64,000 nucleotides of DNA from Podarcis erhardii (GCA_964252035.1 OZ176205.1); one strand, 5' to 3'. Counted from the stretch's first letter, positions 1 through 13,479 are shown. Notes: a model not told the origin generated them from the letters alone. Made by a program: numbers and translations.

Positions 1-181
1 GTGTCTTAAGCGTTTCCCACTTTTTAAAAGTTATGAAAACATGCTAGAAACAAGGGAGATACAGCATTGTGTTGCCCCGAGTGACAACTGTATTAGTGAG
101 AAATGCTAGTACCATGAAGCCTTGTAAGTGGCAGGGCCGTCAGCTTTAGCAGGGATTTCATAACATGCATATATGTTGCAG

Positions 182-283
182 ATCCAGTGATGTGACTCAG
201 ACTTGTAGTGCTGGGAGAGCTACTGCCATTAGAGTGAGATGTGATCCTCTAAAACCCCACTCTGGAGTGCTCTCTGTGCCGAG
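182..283 (+). CDS. ELAPOR1: ELAPOR1 (KIAA1324) internal coding exon
   Basis: ttgcag|...|gtaagt boundaries; encodes (R)SSDVTQTCSAGRATAIRVRCDPLKPHSGVLSVP(S), resembling human RSNDVTQSCSSGRSTTIRVRC; phase is compatible with the next exon. Confidence 0.93.
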
Positions 284-597
284 GTAAGTTCAAAGGTTTA
301 GTCAGTCTCAATAGCAGGTGCGCCCTGTTAAAACTACATTCTGCTCCAAACTCTACAGTGGGGCAAAAACTGGAAAAACTGGTGGAGAAAAAAATTAAAA
401 TAAATGCTTTCGATGCTGTAAAAATAGTCGCACTGAGAACAGCACTTACTTTTGTATTGGGTGTACTTGCTTCCAATTCCAGTTGTAATTTATATTTCAG
501 TTTTGTCCGCTCCTATGTTTCAAGCTGGCTGCTCATCTTGTTTATGCATTTTAATAGTTGCTTTTTTAAATGAGAACTAAGGAATAATGATTTAGCA

Positions 598-780
598 AAG
601 ACTGTAGCTCAGTGGTAGAGCATCTGCTTTGCATGCCGAAGGTCTCTAGTTCATTCCCTGGCATCTCCTGATAGGGCTGAGAATGTCCCGTCTGAAATCC
701 TGGAAAGCCTCTTCCAGACAACGTAAACAATACTGAGTAGCTGGAGGTCAGACATGGCATAGGGTAGCTTCCTGTGTTCA
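598..780 (+). mobile_element. tRNA-derived SINE (Squam2-like), degenerate
   Basis: A-box TAGCTCAGTGG at 605-615, degenerate B-box near 649-659, tail ending agcttcctgtgttc; related copies near 11370-11530 (-), 37920-38085 (-) and 47985-48170 (+). Confidence 0.7.
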
Positions 781-1713
781 CAACCCTTCTAAATGCAAAA
801 GTAAAAGATACATAAAAGCATCTCCACTGCTTAAAGCTTTCTCTCCCCCCCCCCCCCCCCCGCCCAATATTAGCTATAACAGCTCCAGTCTGGGTCAGGC
901 CTATAGCACAAGATGAAGTTGTGTTAACATTGACCCTTTCCATTCTGCACCATTTCCCCAATGGCACTCCATCCCCCCCCCCAATAAAAGGCTACTGTTG
1001 CTGATGCAGGGGGAATGATAGAAATGTGTATATGATTTTCCTGCTGTGGAGTTATTTTCATGGGGAAAATGATACGGGGAGGAATACTAAAACTATTTTA
1101 TTGTGCTGCACTATAGTCCCAGTCTGGTTTGGGAGGTGTAGCTATTTTTTTGGCAAAAAGCGTAAAGACACCAAGTTGCATTCATATGCCACCAACTTTA
1201 TATGACGTTTATCACTGTGACACGCTTCTGGAACCCAGTTCAGTCTCATTTACATTTACAGACCTAACCTATCAGCATAAGCTTTGCCATATCCGTTCCT
1301 TCACATACCAACACAACTTCTTTACCTCTTTAAAATGCAGAGGTCTACTGGGTATAGTCAAAGTAGAATGGTGGTGAAGTGGTCTAACAATGGAGCCTAT
1401 CTCAACCTTGCAGGGTTTAAATTCTTTCATGAATGTCACAGGTCCCCAAGGGGTCTGTGTAACTCAGATACAGGAAATGCCTAAGACCTATTGACATCTA
1501 TGAAAGAAATAGCATTTACAACAAGAACAAGTGTTCCATGCAGCAGAGTTCATACGCTACGTACTTGAGGCATGGCTTTGGAGTCACTGGTGACAGACTC
1601 TTTCATGGCAGGTCTGGGACAAGGTCATGTCTTGACACCCACAACAGCTAGGTCATGAGGTGAGCCACTGAATAGACTCCATTTCAGATGGCACTTTATA
1701 ATTTTTCAAACAG

Positions 1714-1840
1714 CAAGTGCCCTGAAGGAACCTGTGACGGATGCACTTTCCATTTTCTGTGGGAGACCGTTGAAGCCTGCCCCCTCTGTTCTGCAGATGA
1801 CTACCATGCTATCATCAGCGCCTGTGTTGGAGGGATTCAG
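1714..1840 (+). CDS. ELAPOR1: ELAPOR1 internal coding exon (Cys-rich luminal region)
   Basis: cag|...|gtaggg; encodes [42 protein letters not shown]. Confidence 0.95.
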
Positions 1841-2436
1841 GTAGGGACTCAGAATGGCTTCTTTTGAGTTCTTATCTTCAGGGCCTGAGACCTGCCCATT
1901 TTTGTGACTATTATATGAACATTAAAACAAGTCATCGACAGCTACGGCAGCCCAATGATCATTTAGTGAACATGCCGCTTAGGACAGATAGAGACACCAA
2001 ATTGAAATCCACTATTTTTCCCCCTGGAGTTGTAACAAAACCATACTTGTCTGATCTTAAACATGCTTACCTGAAGTCAGTTCCACTGATTTCACAACAA
2101 TAAACCGCTTCAGCAGCAGGTTCAGCAATGATGTACCGATTTATTTTTGTTAAGAGGATTATGTCCCTTCAAGATCCCTCTAGAGTGGTGGTGGTACAAC
2201 TATTATGGTTGCTTCAAATCTATAAGGTGGCATCAACACTACATTTCTATATTGGTTTCAGTTTATTTCCCTGAAAACCATTTCTATATAGCTTAGCGTA
2301 AAATCTCTCCTAAGTGCTACAGGGTAAAACAGAAATGTACAGTAAGACCATCAGCATCAAAAAGGGTACAAAAATGCAACATGAGCTGCGACTGCATGTG
2401 ATTAAAAGAAGGCCATGCCTGCTTTTTCTTCCACAG

Positions 2437-2615
2437 AGAACCACGTATGTATGGAGGGAGCCCAAGCTGTGTTCGGGAGGCATTTCACTCCCAGATCAAA
2501 AAGTCAGCATTTGCAAAGCCATGGACTTCTGGCTCAAAGTGGGCATCTCGGCGGGGACTTGTGCTGCTATCCTGCTGACTGCAATGACTTGCTACTTCTG
2601 GAAGAAAAACCAGAA
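2437..2615 (+). CDS. ELAPOR1: ELAPOR1 exon encoding the transmembrane helix
   Basis: ccacag|...|gtgagt; [59 protein letters not shown](K). Confidence 0.96.
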
Positions 2616-3991
2616 GTGAGTAGCTGCTTCTGTTCCTGCCCATTATGCTTGCTTGCTTGCTTCATAGCTGCCCAAGACCTTTTTCAAGGTTGCCCTTTAA
2701 ATCAGATGGCAACCCTGAACAGCACAGCAGAAGCAAATAGGTTAGTCTGTGTTCAAAGATAGCAAGCTCTTCAGTAATATGTCAATTTTTTATACATTGT
2801 TACATGTCAGTGATGGCATTCTCGCCTTCCCCAGTTTGCCTTCTTATCATCCCATTCTCAACCCTGCCTATCCTTCCATGCCTAAAAAGCAAGAAAGACC
2901 CACCAAAAACAAACCAGTTTTTATTTTCCAGAAGTGTTAAGTGCATGCAACTTTAACACACTCACAAACAGTGCATCCATAGCCCTGTTCAGTAGCACCT
3001 TGTGAAAGGGGTGCAGCTTGTGAAATGAGACATCTTCATATGGGCAGTGATATATAGGGGAAGAAACCCCCCCCCAAAAAAAAACTCTTTACTGGTGGGC
3101 AATATGAGACATAGGGCATCAGGTTAGCATTGTGTAGTTACAGGGTTGCTGACTGGCTAGGACTGCCTATGACTTTTCACAAGCCACAGCCCTTTATGAG
3201 TCACCCCTTGACCATATTGCTACAAAATTTGCAGATGGATCCTGTGAATTAGTTTCCCAGCATATGCACTAGAAAAAGCTGGTGGCATTACCAGTAAATG
3301 TTGAGTGGAGTTTGCTGAGCAGTCATCCAATTCCAGCTGTAGTTGTGATAAAACCTCTTCAATGAAGAGTGTTTTTTACCCATCAGTTTCTCAACAACTA
3401 TAGGGGATCAGGTCTACTGTTGCTTGAATGTACCTGCTGCCAGTGGATTTATGCTATGATAAGGGTCCCCTTTGGATGCTTACATATGAAAATATCTGCT
3501 GGCAGAGAGGATACCAGTCCCACCACCACTTGAATTAGAAGCCTTCACTGCTTGCTTATCTGCACCCAGGAAAGAGGTCTCCACTTCCAAGCAGCAGATG
3601 GGGCTCTGAAATGCTCGCTGGCAAAGATCAGCAGCTGAATATTCTGAGAAGAAGGGAAACAGAATTGTTTCCTCTTTGGAGAAACTGAAATTCAAGCTCC
3701 TTTTGAATTTTCTCCAGGAGGGAAAATATCCCACCTTTGCAATGCATGCATAGGATTAAGCTAATAAATCCTTTGGATTGTGAATGTGTATGACTGCGCA
3801 TGCTTGTTGGGGTGTACAAAACATTTCTTTTTCTACCTGTAACAGTCAGCTTTCACGTGGCTTGAAGCAGGGCTTAGCATCTCCAGATTTTAAAGTGACC
3901 CCCCCCCCGCAAGTGTCCCATTTTGGGGACCCAAACTATATTCATCCATCATCCATCTGGCTTTCTCTATGTCTGTCTTATATCTTTGTAG

Positions 3992-4157
3992 GTTGGAGTA
4001 TAAATATTCCAAGCTGGTGATGAATTCCAGTGCCAAGGACAGTGAGCTGCCAGCTGCTGACAGTTGTGCCATTATGGAGGGGGAAGACGCAGAGGATGAC
4101 CTGATATTCACAAGCAAGAATTCTCTCTTTGGCAAAATAAGGGCTTTCACCACAAAG
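3992..4157 (+). CDS. ELAPOR1: ELAPOR1 cytoplasmic-tail exon
   Basis: ttgtag|...|gtaagg; [55 protein letters not shown]. Confidence 0.96.
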
Positions 4158-6327
4158 GTAAGGTGCTTAGTGCGACCCAGCCTGCATGTGTAATGCACCA
4201 GAATGAAGCAACAGAGGCCTTGGGCTTGGCTCCAGTGTTTATCTAACCTGACAGATGTCTAACATGTCATGTTGAACTTGTGAGGCCACATCTGAATAGA
4301 CAGCTTCCCAATTCACTTAATATGTACAGTATCCCTGAGGGGTGTGTGTGCCTTTCTCTAGTAGTCACTATCCTTTTATTTTTGAAGTAATGATTTCTAG
4401 CATGGGCTGCTGACTGTGCAAGACCCAGGCTGTAGTAGGGGTTTGGGGGGAGGGGAGGGAGAAGAGTGATTAAAGCTTCATTCTCCTCCTCTATCCTGTT
4501 AAAAATATTGACAGAGTAGCAAAAGGAAAAGGACATTTTCTCTCCAAACAAATACATCAAACACAGCTAACCTTCCAGGATGCTACAGGCTAGGGAGCAA
4601 TCAAAAGTCATGATCACAGTAACGTCCTCATCCTAGATCTGTGAGCTTTCTCCAGCCTCAGAGTCTATATTCACGTGCTGCTGTGTTTCCTATTCTACTG
4701 ACTGATGTTCTGGTTAATGGTGCGCTGCTTTTATTTTTCATTTTATCCCTCCCCCCCTAATGTGGCTATTTGTTTTCCTGTAGGCTTCTCTTAGGTACAG
4801 TCAGGCATGGCAGGAGTCTGTGTGTAGGGCTGTTCTCAATAAGCTAAGAGGAGGAGTCTTCCAGGTAGATAGAGACCAAATGTAGATGGTATTGTCTTGT
4901 GTCCCCTATGTCTAAAAACAAGCCAGCTAACTGAGGGTGTATAGTAACCAAATGGCATTGGATGGGATGACAATATGGCCTTGTGACATCTGACTGGGAC
5001 CCAGCATGGTATGGTATTCTTGGGAAATCCAAGCCACGCTGCCAGCTTTCTACAGCTGCAGCCTCTCCTTTCCCAAAGGGGGATGGTGCCACAACCTTTA
5101 TTTTGGAGGAGGAAGGCAAGGAGGCCCAATGTGTGCTGAAGACATACCAATGGGTGTTAATTCAGGCTGCAAGTGTAGGATGCTAAACTTACCCAGAAAG
5201 GTCCTTGAGCCCTGGCTTGTCTCTGGAACAAGTAGCTGCTGCTCGTTGTGCTGTTCAGAATCATATATGACTGGCTCTGTGTCACATATCTGCCTGCCTT
5301 TTGCTCAGTTTCGTCTTCTGAGAGCCAGAGCCAGGGCTGCTCTGACTTGATGGAGCTGGGGAGAACCAAGGCAGAGCTATGAAAATCTGGGCCTGTGGGG
5401 TTCAAATGCCATGTCTGGAATAAATTATGGGAACTGAACACTGTACACAGAGTGTGGGTGGGTTTTCTCCACTCCCCTGCAAATTACAAGCAAAGTGGGC
5501 CTTTCTGCTTGTGACCCAAAAGTTATTCCCGCCCCTACCCCAGTAAATACATTCTGTTAAAATGCTGGCAAACTCTCATGTGTACGGGCTTGCCTTGCTT
5601 GAATTAGGGTCTTTAATCAAGAGGTTATGAATATTCAGCTGTTAGCATATATTTCTATTTGCAACATAATAGTTCCTTATTCTCACAACCAGCCTGATGC
5701 AACTGCTGCGATCACTGTTATCCCCATTTTGCAGATGGAGGCTGAAATAATTATTTTGCACAAAGCAGCTGGTGAGGTTATTGCAGAAGTGGAGTTTGAA
5801 CCATGTCCAGCACCCTATCCACAGGGTGGATCCTTCTGAATTCAGTCCTCTCTGGGTGCTGGTTGCTGAGTGGCTCCCACAAGGCTCAGTGACAACCCTC
5901 ACCTCTCCACCAACTGTCTCTTCTGAATGCACTGCTATCCAGCACAGGTTGCTTCCATGCTAAGGTCCTTAAGTACTCCAGAGACGTTGCTTTTTGCAGT
6001 CGGCTGGAAGTAGAACTAAACTGTGGTTCCATATAGCACTTAGGTAGCACTGTGTTTCCCGTAACACTCCTGCAATAGTCATTCTGACAGGGTCAGAAGA
6101 CCACGCATGGAGGCAGCTGGTTATCATAGTTTTGTGGGAGATGCCCTTGCACCCTACTGCCCTTTCATGAGCATAGGGTGCAGGATTGCACTCTCTGTTC
6201 TTTCCGTGTTACTAAATGCTGGGGTATGACATAATCTGGCTTACTTCAGACGAAAGGTGGGGGCTCTGAGAGATGCAAATGACATTTTATATAGTCCCAC
6301 TCACACTTCGTTTTATGTTGTCTTTAG

Positions 6328-6396
6328 AGAACATCTGATGGCTTTGACTCGGTCCCACTGAAGACCTCCTCTGGCACCACTGACATGGATCTTTAG
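6328..6396 (+). CDS. ELAPOR1: ELAPOR1 terminal coding exon
   Basis: ctttag| then RTSDGFDSVPLKTSSGTTDMDL-TAG; matches the ELAPOR1 C-terminus (not ELAPOR2). Confidence 0.95.
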   Translation, partial: RTSDGFDSVPLKTSSGTTDMDL

Positions 6397-9300
6397 GAAT
6401 GGATTGCCCACCTCCCATGCCTTTCCTGCAGGATGCTTTGGGAGTTCTCCTTGGTTAATCCCTGCACTTTGATGAACTTGCCATGTGGCCTTATTGGATA
6501 CACTTTTAACTTCAGCTTCTTACTGTACTTTTTTAAAACTGAAAATTTTAACATTCCCTCCCGAAAGAAAACCATGCCAAATACAACTGTGCTTTTAAAA
6601 TTATATGTAGATATATATTTGTATGTTTCCTGCGCTCCCTACCCACTCTTCTGTAATCCTTTTGGGTTTTACCTTTCAACAAAAGTTGTTCTATGCTGGT
6701 GACAATAGCTGCATTTCCTCTCTCCCCTAACACCAGAAATGTGTAAAGTAGCCCAAGATATCATTGCCATTAATTAAGTCAGCCCATTGAGGCAGGCTCC
6801 TAAGGCTGCAATCCTTACCTGGGGGAAGTATATATGCACACAGCTGCTCTGTAAATGTTCGTTTCATTTTAACACCAACTTGACTTTCAATACCGCAGCA
6901 GCGGTATTTTGTCAAACAGTAGTGAGGCTTGCCTGCCTCATTAAGAACCCTTCAGAAGAGATACAATGCATTGGGCTCAAATTGCAAAGTTCTGCACTCC
7001 GCCCACCAGTCTCACTTTTATAGGTTGACTGTTTCTTACGCCAGAGCAGTCTGCAATGACTTTGCAAGTGACAATTCCCTAAATTCCATCATAGTAGAAT
7101 CTGCATGTGGTCCAGTCTGGAAGGAGTATACTTCAATCATTTAGAAAGGGTATGACTTAAACATTGAAAGGATTATGGCTCAGAGTAGCTGGATTTTCCT
7201 CGTCTGTTTGTATAGCGATGACTTATGGAGAAATGCTGTGCAGTCTTGCATCTTGTTTGTTGACCTTTAGTTTTAAAACAATAAGGGAATCATTTATCCC
7301 TGTGCTGACTTTCTCCAATACTTGAAAACTCTGATCCTAGGATATTGGGGCAGGGGGTGTTATTTTTTATGTGACCAGAATTACCATCCAGGAAAATGTG
7401 TGCCTATTGTCCATGCCCCATTAGAACACTTTCCTTTGGAGAAGCAAAAGTATAATACTTTACACAAGAATCAGGCGGATCTTCCAGCACAATTATCCTG
7501 CATGAACACCAAAAGAATTAATACTTACTTCTTTTCAAGTTATATGAATTACAGGTGCTAGATCTGTGGCTGTGATTATCAAGTATGCCATGGCAAATAG
7601 AGGCTGGAGAATTACAGTCAATCATTTACCTGTCAGGCCCAAGGATGAGTGGAAAAGCTTTTAGAAAAAAAGCTCTCGACCATGAATTACAGAATTCAGC
7701 TTAAAGCAAATCCAGCTCCTCAACTTTCACTGGGGAAATAGGTAACATGTTTATCATTTTATGCAATTTCCTTGCCTGATCTTTATCCAGAAATATCCCT
7801 TCCTACCCCTGCACAGCCCTCTGTTGCTGTTTTTTGACAATTCTTCCTCATGTAATTTTGTGCAGGCCTAGGCATGCAGATTTTTTATTTGGCAAACAGT
7901 GAAGAAATAATTAGGTTTTGGTTTTAATAGCCAGTGTTATATCCAAACACAGCCACTGAATACATTACAAATGGCTGCTCCTGAATTCAGTCAACATTAC
8001 TGACAACTGCCAAGCCAATGTTGACTGATTTCATCTCTCTGTTTGTTTTGGCAGGTTAAAATAGCCTTTAGTATAAAGCACTTCAATGAAGAAAAATACA
8101 GAAACCCAGCTCCTCCTTTCAGTCATTCAGTTTTAATTCCAGTGACATTACTCTTAATTCTGCTTTCAGTAACTTTCTCAATTTCCACACACTCTACTTT
8201 TCTATCTATATTGTACAAGTGTTCAACAACAACAACAACTTACCTTTAGAGCAGCTGGGAGGAATTCATACAACTGCAGGTAAGGAGGGCTAACCTTGGC
8301 TTAGGTTGACTTTAGTTTATTGGGATTTGTAATTCTGTTGCTGTTCCTTCAGGAGAAGAAATTAAAGATGGCGGTGGGCAGTATTATAGGTTATGGGAAA
8401 TGGAGTAATTGAGGACCTGCCATATATGGTGGATGGGCTGCATTTTACTTGGTGAGTTACCCTGCGGAAGCTTGTGGATGTTTTTCCCCTTAGCATAATG
8501 CTGCTTACATCAACAGTGAAATGTCACCGTACCATAAACTTTGATATATGTCCATGTAGCTTTTCTACGGTCAGATTTCAGGCTATTCCTTGGAAGAGGA
8601 GTAGATTTATTTCTTCACCAGTGAATCTTGTGACTATGAAACCAATCCAGCAGCTAGCTTTTCCTAGTGCTAAATGCCACTGCTACCTGTTTTCAATCAG
8701 AAGGAAAATAGATTTATTTTACCTGGAAAGCACTCCAAAGCTATGGCCTAAGGAAGCTTGAGATGCTCATCAGAGGATGAGAAAACTGACCTCAAGAGAC
8801 ACGAAAGAGAAACTGGCCCTTTTTAATATATTGACACATCTGAAAAATCTCTGGGCTCTGGTTCCATCGTTTTACACAAGAAAGATATATTCAGGGACAG
8901 CCAGGAATAGTTAAACTACTACTGTGGAAAGTGGCACCCTGTTGTCAAGACCCAGGATAGGGGAGAGGAGCTAGGGTAATAAGCTGTTGATAAATTGCCA
9001 GTGGTGAAGAAGGTGTTGATGCATAGCTTCCCCATTGCTTACGACAATTAGGAAGAAAGGTTAAGAGAAACTCAGGGCTGTTTCCAAAATAAGTTCTTAT
9101 GCAAACAGAACCAGAAGCACAGAGCTAGCACTAGGCAGAAAGAATACCATAAAGAGATGTGTAAACCAAGTCCAGAGTCTATTGCAGAGGTCAGCTTACC
9201 TAAGCATCTCACATCAAGCTGAAAAAGCTTATTTTCACCATCTGCTGTTTATGCTAAAGAGAAGAAACAAAAGCAGCAACAAATCCTTTGGGATGATTCT

Positions 9301-9561
9301 GCGGCTTTGTTAACACATAGACTTAATGTTTGTATGTCTGTCATTTGTTCAGTAGTGTAAGGGGGGGGGAGAGAGAGAGAGAGAGAGAGGCACTTGCACC
9401 AGCCACAATCTAGATAGGGTGCAAAGTAGACCTAAAAGATCAGGAAACATTTTATTAAGAATGTAAGTGGTGCAAAAAACCCCCCCACAAAATCTTTGGT
9501 TTGGAAAATTAGATGTTTTGTCAGAGTGGTAAAGGCAACACTTCACTTGGTTGGGCATGCA

Positions 9562-9700
9562 AACATAAGAGCAGCCCTGCTGGGTCAAGCCAAAGGCCCA
9601 TCTCCTCCAGCTTCATGTTCTCATCATGGCCAAACCATAGGCTTCCAGGAAGCCTGCAAGCAGGACCTAAGCACAGCAACAACAGTTGTTTCCCAGCAAC
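9562..9700 (-). mobile_element. CR1 LINE 3' fragment
   Basis: aacataagagcagccctgctgggtcaagccaaaggcccatct resembles the reverse complement of a squamate CR1 3' end; the same family recurs at about 38095-38375, 45855-45995 and 53058-53360. Confidence 0.6.
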
Positions 9701-11369
9701 ACACAGCATCTGACAGTGGAGGTGGGACATGGAGAGCAGCTGGACATCCAGAATAACACATTTGCAACTTTTCCTTGGTTCTGTCCTGCAACATCACCTA
9801 GTCAAACACATTCAACCACTTCATACCATTGGGGCTGATGCAACAGGGAGTGGAGAAGAGAATCTTATGGTCAGGCAGTGGGTATTTTGTACCCCAACTT
9901 TTGAATAAATTCACGGTTGAGCAGTAAGCAGGAGGTGCAGCGAGGATGTGGAGTTTTAGCAGCAACACCTTTAAAAGATTCAGTGCCATTCTCACCCCAG
10001 ATTGTATTACTTGCTCCCCAAAGGGGGCTAATCCAAGAGTAATGCTTGTTTTTATTTGTTTAACTCCTATACTTATTATTGAGGGTAGGAAGTATCCAGA
10101 CTTTCTGACCTGTGCCATTTATATGAGTTTACAGCAGTGGCCCTTCTCTAATTCTCTGGACTTGCTCTTAAATTTAATTCAGAGCATCAAGTGAAATCAG
10201 AAGGGTACTTTTGACGATTTCATAGAATCACTGCTTCTGTTTTTGTTTGAAGTTGTGATTTATTATTCTGGCTTTTTGTCTTTGCTATATTTTGTATATG
10301 CTTGAAACTATTTATGGATTAAACCAATATCTGTAAGATTTGATTGACATACCAGATATGTTGTTGTCCTAGCAGCAATCTTCAAGGACTTTCATTGTTT
10401 GTGTGGACTAGGTTATAAGTGCTATTCAGGGACTACAATATGATACCTTTCTTACATGGATGACAATGATTTTTTGCAACTCTGTATGTTACAGAATTGA
10501 TTGGATTATATTTATATAACTGTGTTTTTTCAGCTTTGTGATGATAAACTGCAGGTTAACTTGCTCTGTATGCAAAATGGGCTGGGTTCCTTTTATATAT
10601 GATTTTAATAGAATTTAATAGTTTCTAGAGGCAAGAATTGCATGTACATTTTTGGGGTTAAAAACAATAACACTTCTGAACTCGTCTGATCTCTCTCTTG
10701 CTTGGAGTGATATAAGGGAGATGAAGTAAAGGTGCAGAACTCTCACTATTGCATCATTTATAACAATTAAACAGCATAAAAATTAAATAGGATCTGCTTT
10801 ACATCAAGATGAATTAACCATCTAGCTCAATTTTAATGGGTCTGCTATTGATTTAAATGGGTCTACTATTGAGTATCTCTGGCTGTGCTAACTGGCAGCA
10901 TGTTGCGGAATCTTAATTTTTTTCTGGCCCATCTATGTGAGATTGTGTTTAATGGAAAATACTGTACTGTGGTTTGAAGCTGGGACACTATTCTTATAAA
11001 CCACATGCTCTGCCGCTGTGTTATGGTCCCACCATAACACCCAAAGCATCTATACTGCCAGTCCTTAAATGCCTCCTTTCTCTGTATTGTTATTTCTGTT
11101 GATCTCACAGAATAAGAAACATTTAAGTGAAACAAACAAACACAAAAAAGCATGGGACATGAATTTGCTTAACCATTGCTTTTACAAGTGTGCTGTGTAT
11201 TAGTATGCACCTTAAAGCTGACGGGTCTTGAAATATTCTCTTTTTATACTATTATGAATTTGGTCATGGTAATGACTCTGGCAGAACACACAAAAGCAGC
11301 CAACAGGCCTCTTCTCATTGAAACCCACTCTGAACTTGCAACTTGGTTTTATTAGAAACATGAGAAGCT

Positions 11370-11530
11370 GTATTGTACCCAGTCAGGCCAGTGTTCAACT
11401 GAGTTCAGTACTGTCTACATGGATTGGCAGTGGGCTCAAGCACTGCCCAAAGAAAGTCTTCTGCAGCCCTACTGAAGATACCAGAGATTGAGATCTCTCC
11501 CCGTTTACATGCCAAGCATATGTTCCACCA
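11370..11530 (-). mobile_element. tRNA-derived SINE (same family as 598-780)
   Basis: Reverse-complement similarity to the 598-780 copy, including ccagtgagcta (A-box). Confidence 0.55.
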
Positions 11531-12210
11531 GTGAGCTACATCCCTTCTGCTAGTGGTGTATAAATATGGCAACTAACATTTAACCCACTGGTTTATTATA
11601 TATGCTATAAGCAACATCATTCTTGGAAATACTGTAGCTTTAAAGGTAGGTCTTCTATTTATACAAGTGGAAACAAGACCTTGTAACAGCTAATGGTTTG
11701 AGATATGGAAAAGATTTGTTTTATTGTGCACATCCAATAAAATAGTCAGGTCCTCTAGATAAAAAAAAGGGTCAAGAGCAATTAGCTTAAATGCTAGAAC
11801 TGTTCTTTTTTATTAATGTTTGCCTGAACCATTAGGCTTCATAAAAGGCTGCTTTTTCAATGCTGTTGTGATTGTGGATGTTGTGCATGCTACCATTTTA
11901 CCTTTTTAAAAAATTAAACACATGTAGCACTTCTTGCTTTAGCAACAACCAAAGCTGCAAGTTGTACAAATTCAAAACAGTTGCAAGGCATTTGCAGCAT
12001 CTTGAGACATGTCCTAAATGTGGAGGTGACAACCTGATGACTTTGGGCCCTTTTGGAAGGAAGGGCGGGATCACTGAGCTCCATGAGATTGCAGTAAACC
12101 TAGTAATGCTCTCCCTGAAACAGGGAGTGCAAGTATTATTAAAACAATTGTTGTCCATCCAGGCCAGCTATGTGTTGGAAAGCATAGGATCAGATTATTG
12201 TGATTTATTT

Positions 12211-12330
12211 CATAGAATTGCAGAATTGAAAGGGATCCTAAGGGTTCTCTAGTCGAATCCCCTCCAATGCAGAATCATACCTGACAAATGGCCACTCAAC
12301 ATCTGCTTAAAAACCTCGAAGGAAGGAGAG
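12211..12330 (-). mobile_element. CR1 LINE 3' tail fragment
   Basis: catagaattgcagaattgaaagggatcctaagggttctctagtc = reverse complement of the CR1 tail (...ttccaactctatgattctatg). Confidence 0.7.
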
Positions 12331-12780
12331 TTTTCCCTTGAGTACTAGAGACTAAGAGTGTCTTTGTAACAGCTGTATTTACCAATAGGGACTGGGCCAT
12401 GGTGGTGCTGTGGTCTAAACCAGTGGTTCTGAATTAGCTAATTACTGATGACCCCTTATCTTTCAAAAGCCAAGTTATGGACCCCCTACTTTTGAAAAAT
12501 TTGATAACTATGGTAGTTACCTGTGGAAAGCAATTTTTTGAAGAAAATGTGGTGCAGCCCTTAATAAGCAAATAATTTTAGGTATACTAAAAAACAACAC
12601 AAGACCATAAAATTTGTGATCTTACTACAAATTTTCTATCCCCAAACAGTGGGTAAAACTAGTCGTTATTGCTCCACTACAACTGAATAATGGAATTGTG
12701 TCCCTAACTTACTCGTTGACTCACAGTGCTCAAACCAGCTAGCTGGGGGTTCCCAAGTCCTCACTGGGCTCTTACCTTCA

Positions 12781-12870
12781 CATAGCTGTCAACGTTTCCC
12801 TTTTTCAAAGGGAAATTCCCTTATTCCGAATAGGATTCCTCGCAAGAAAAGGGGAAAGTTGACAGCTATG
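12781..12870. mobile_element. 90-bp palindromic hAT-type MITE
   Basis: 13-bp perfect terminal inverted repeats (TIRs) CATAGCTGTCAAC; 8-bp flanks taccttca (12773-12780) and tatcttca (12871-12878) match 7/8. Confidence 0.8.
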
Positions 12871-13170
12871 TATCTTCAGCGTTAGCAATTGCTGCTACAG
12901 TACAATGTTACCCAGCCCGTCCTCGAGCTCTCCTTTACTCTCTCTCTCTTCTGCGCTGTATGCTAGTCTTGCTTTGTAACCCTGACGAGCCCGCCCTCGG
13001 CACGGAAGCCTGAAAGGCTGCTCCTGCCTGGACCATCCCAGCTCCACTTTGCAGAGGACCCGCAGCCCGCCTGAGCAAGCGCCACGCTTAGCGCGTGCCC
13101 TCCGGGTGGCGCTCTAAGCACCCAACGCCCGCCCTGCGCGAGGCTCCTCCTCCTTTACGTCGGAATCTTC

Positions 13171-13225
13171 TGCGCACGCGCAGCGCCTTTCCCACGCCCC
13201 TCCGCGCTCGCAGTGCGCACGCGTG
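13171..13225 (+). promoter_or_regulatory. Tandem NRF1-type sites in the SARS1 promoter
   Basis: TGCGCACGCGCA (13171-13182) matches YGCGCAYGCGCR; a near-copy TGCGCACGCGTG lies at 13214-13225. Confidence 0.6.
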
Positions 13226-13343
13226 GCCTCGCCGGGCTCTCCTACTGTCGTTTTGCGCCGGGCGGGCTGTCGAGCGTCTTCCTCTGTCCTGAGCCGGCGC
13301 CGCTCCCTCGCCCCTCGGCTTCCAGTCGCTGCCCTCCGGCGCC

Positions 13344-13479
13344 ATGGTGCTCGACCTGGACCTCTTCCGCGCCGACAAAGGCGGAGACCCTGAGCTTGTG
13401 CGGGAGACGCAGCGGAAGCGCTTCAAGGACCCGGCGCTGGTGGACGCGCTGGTGGCCGCCGACGGGGCCTGGCGGAGAT
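13344..13479 (+). CDS. SARS1: Cytoplasmic seryl-tRNA synthetase exon 1
   Basis: gccATGG Kozak; [45 protein letters not shown](C); donor gtacgt. Confidence 0.97.

Noticed and set aside
598-670. tRNA-like sequences here and at 39490, 50590, 52114 and 54574
   Set aside because: They are SINE heads with degenerate boxes that continue into LINE-derived tails; no intact cloverleaf or Pol III terminator.
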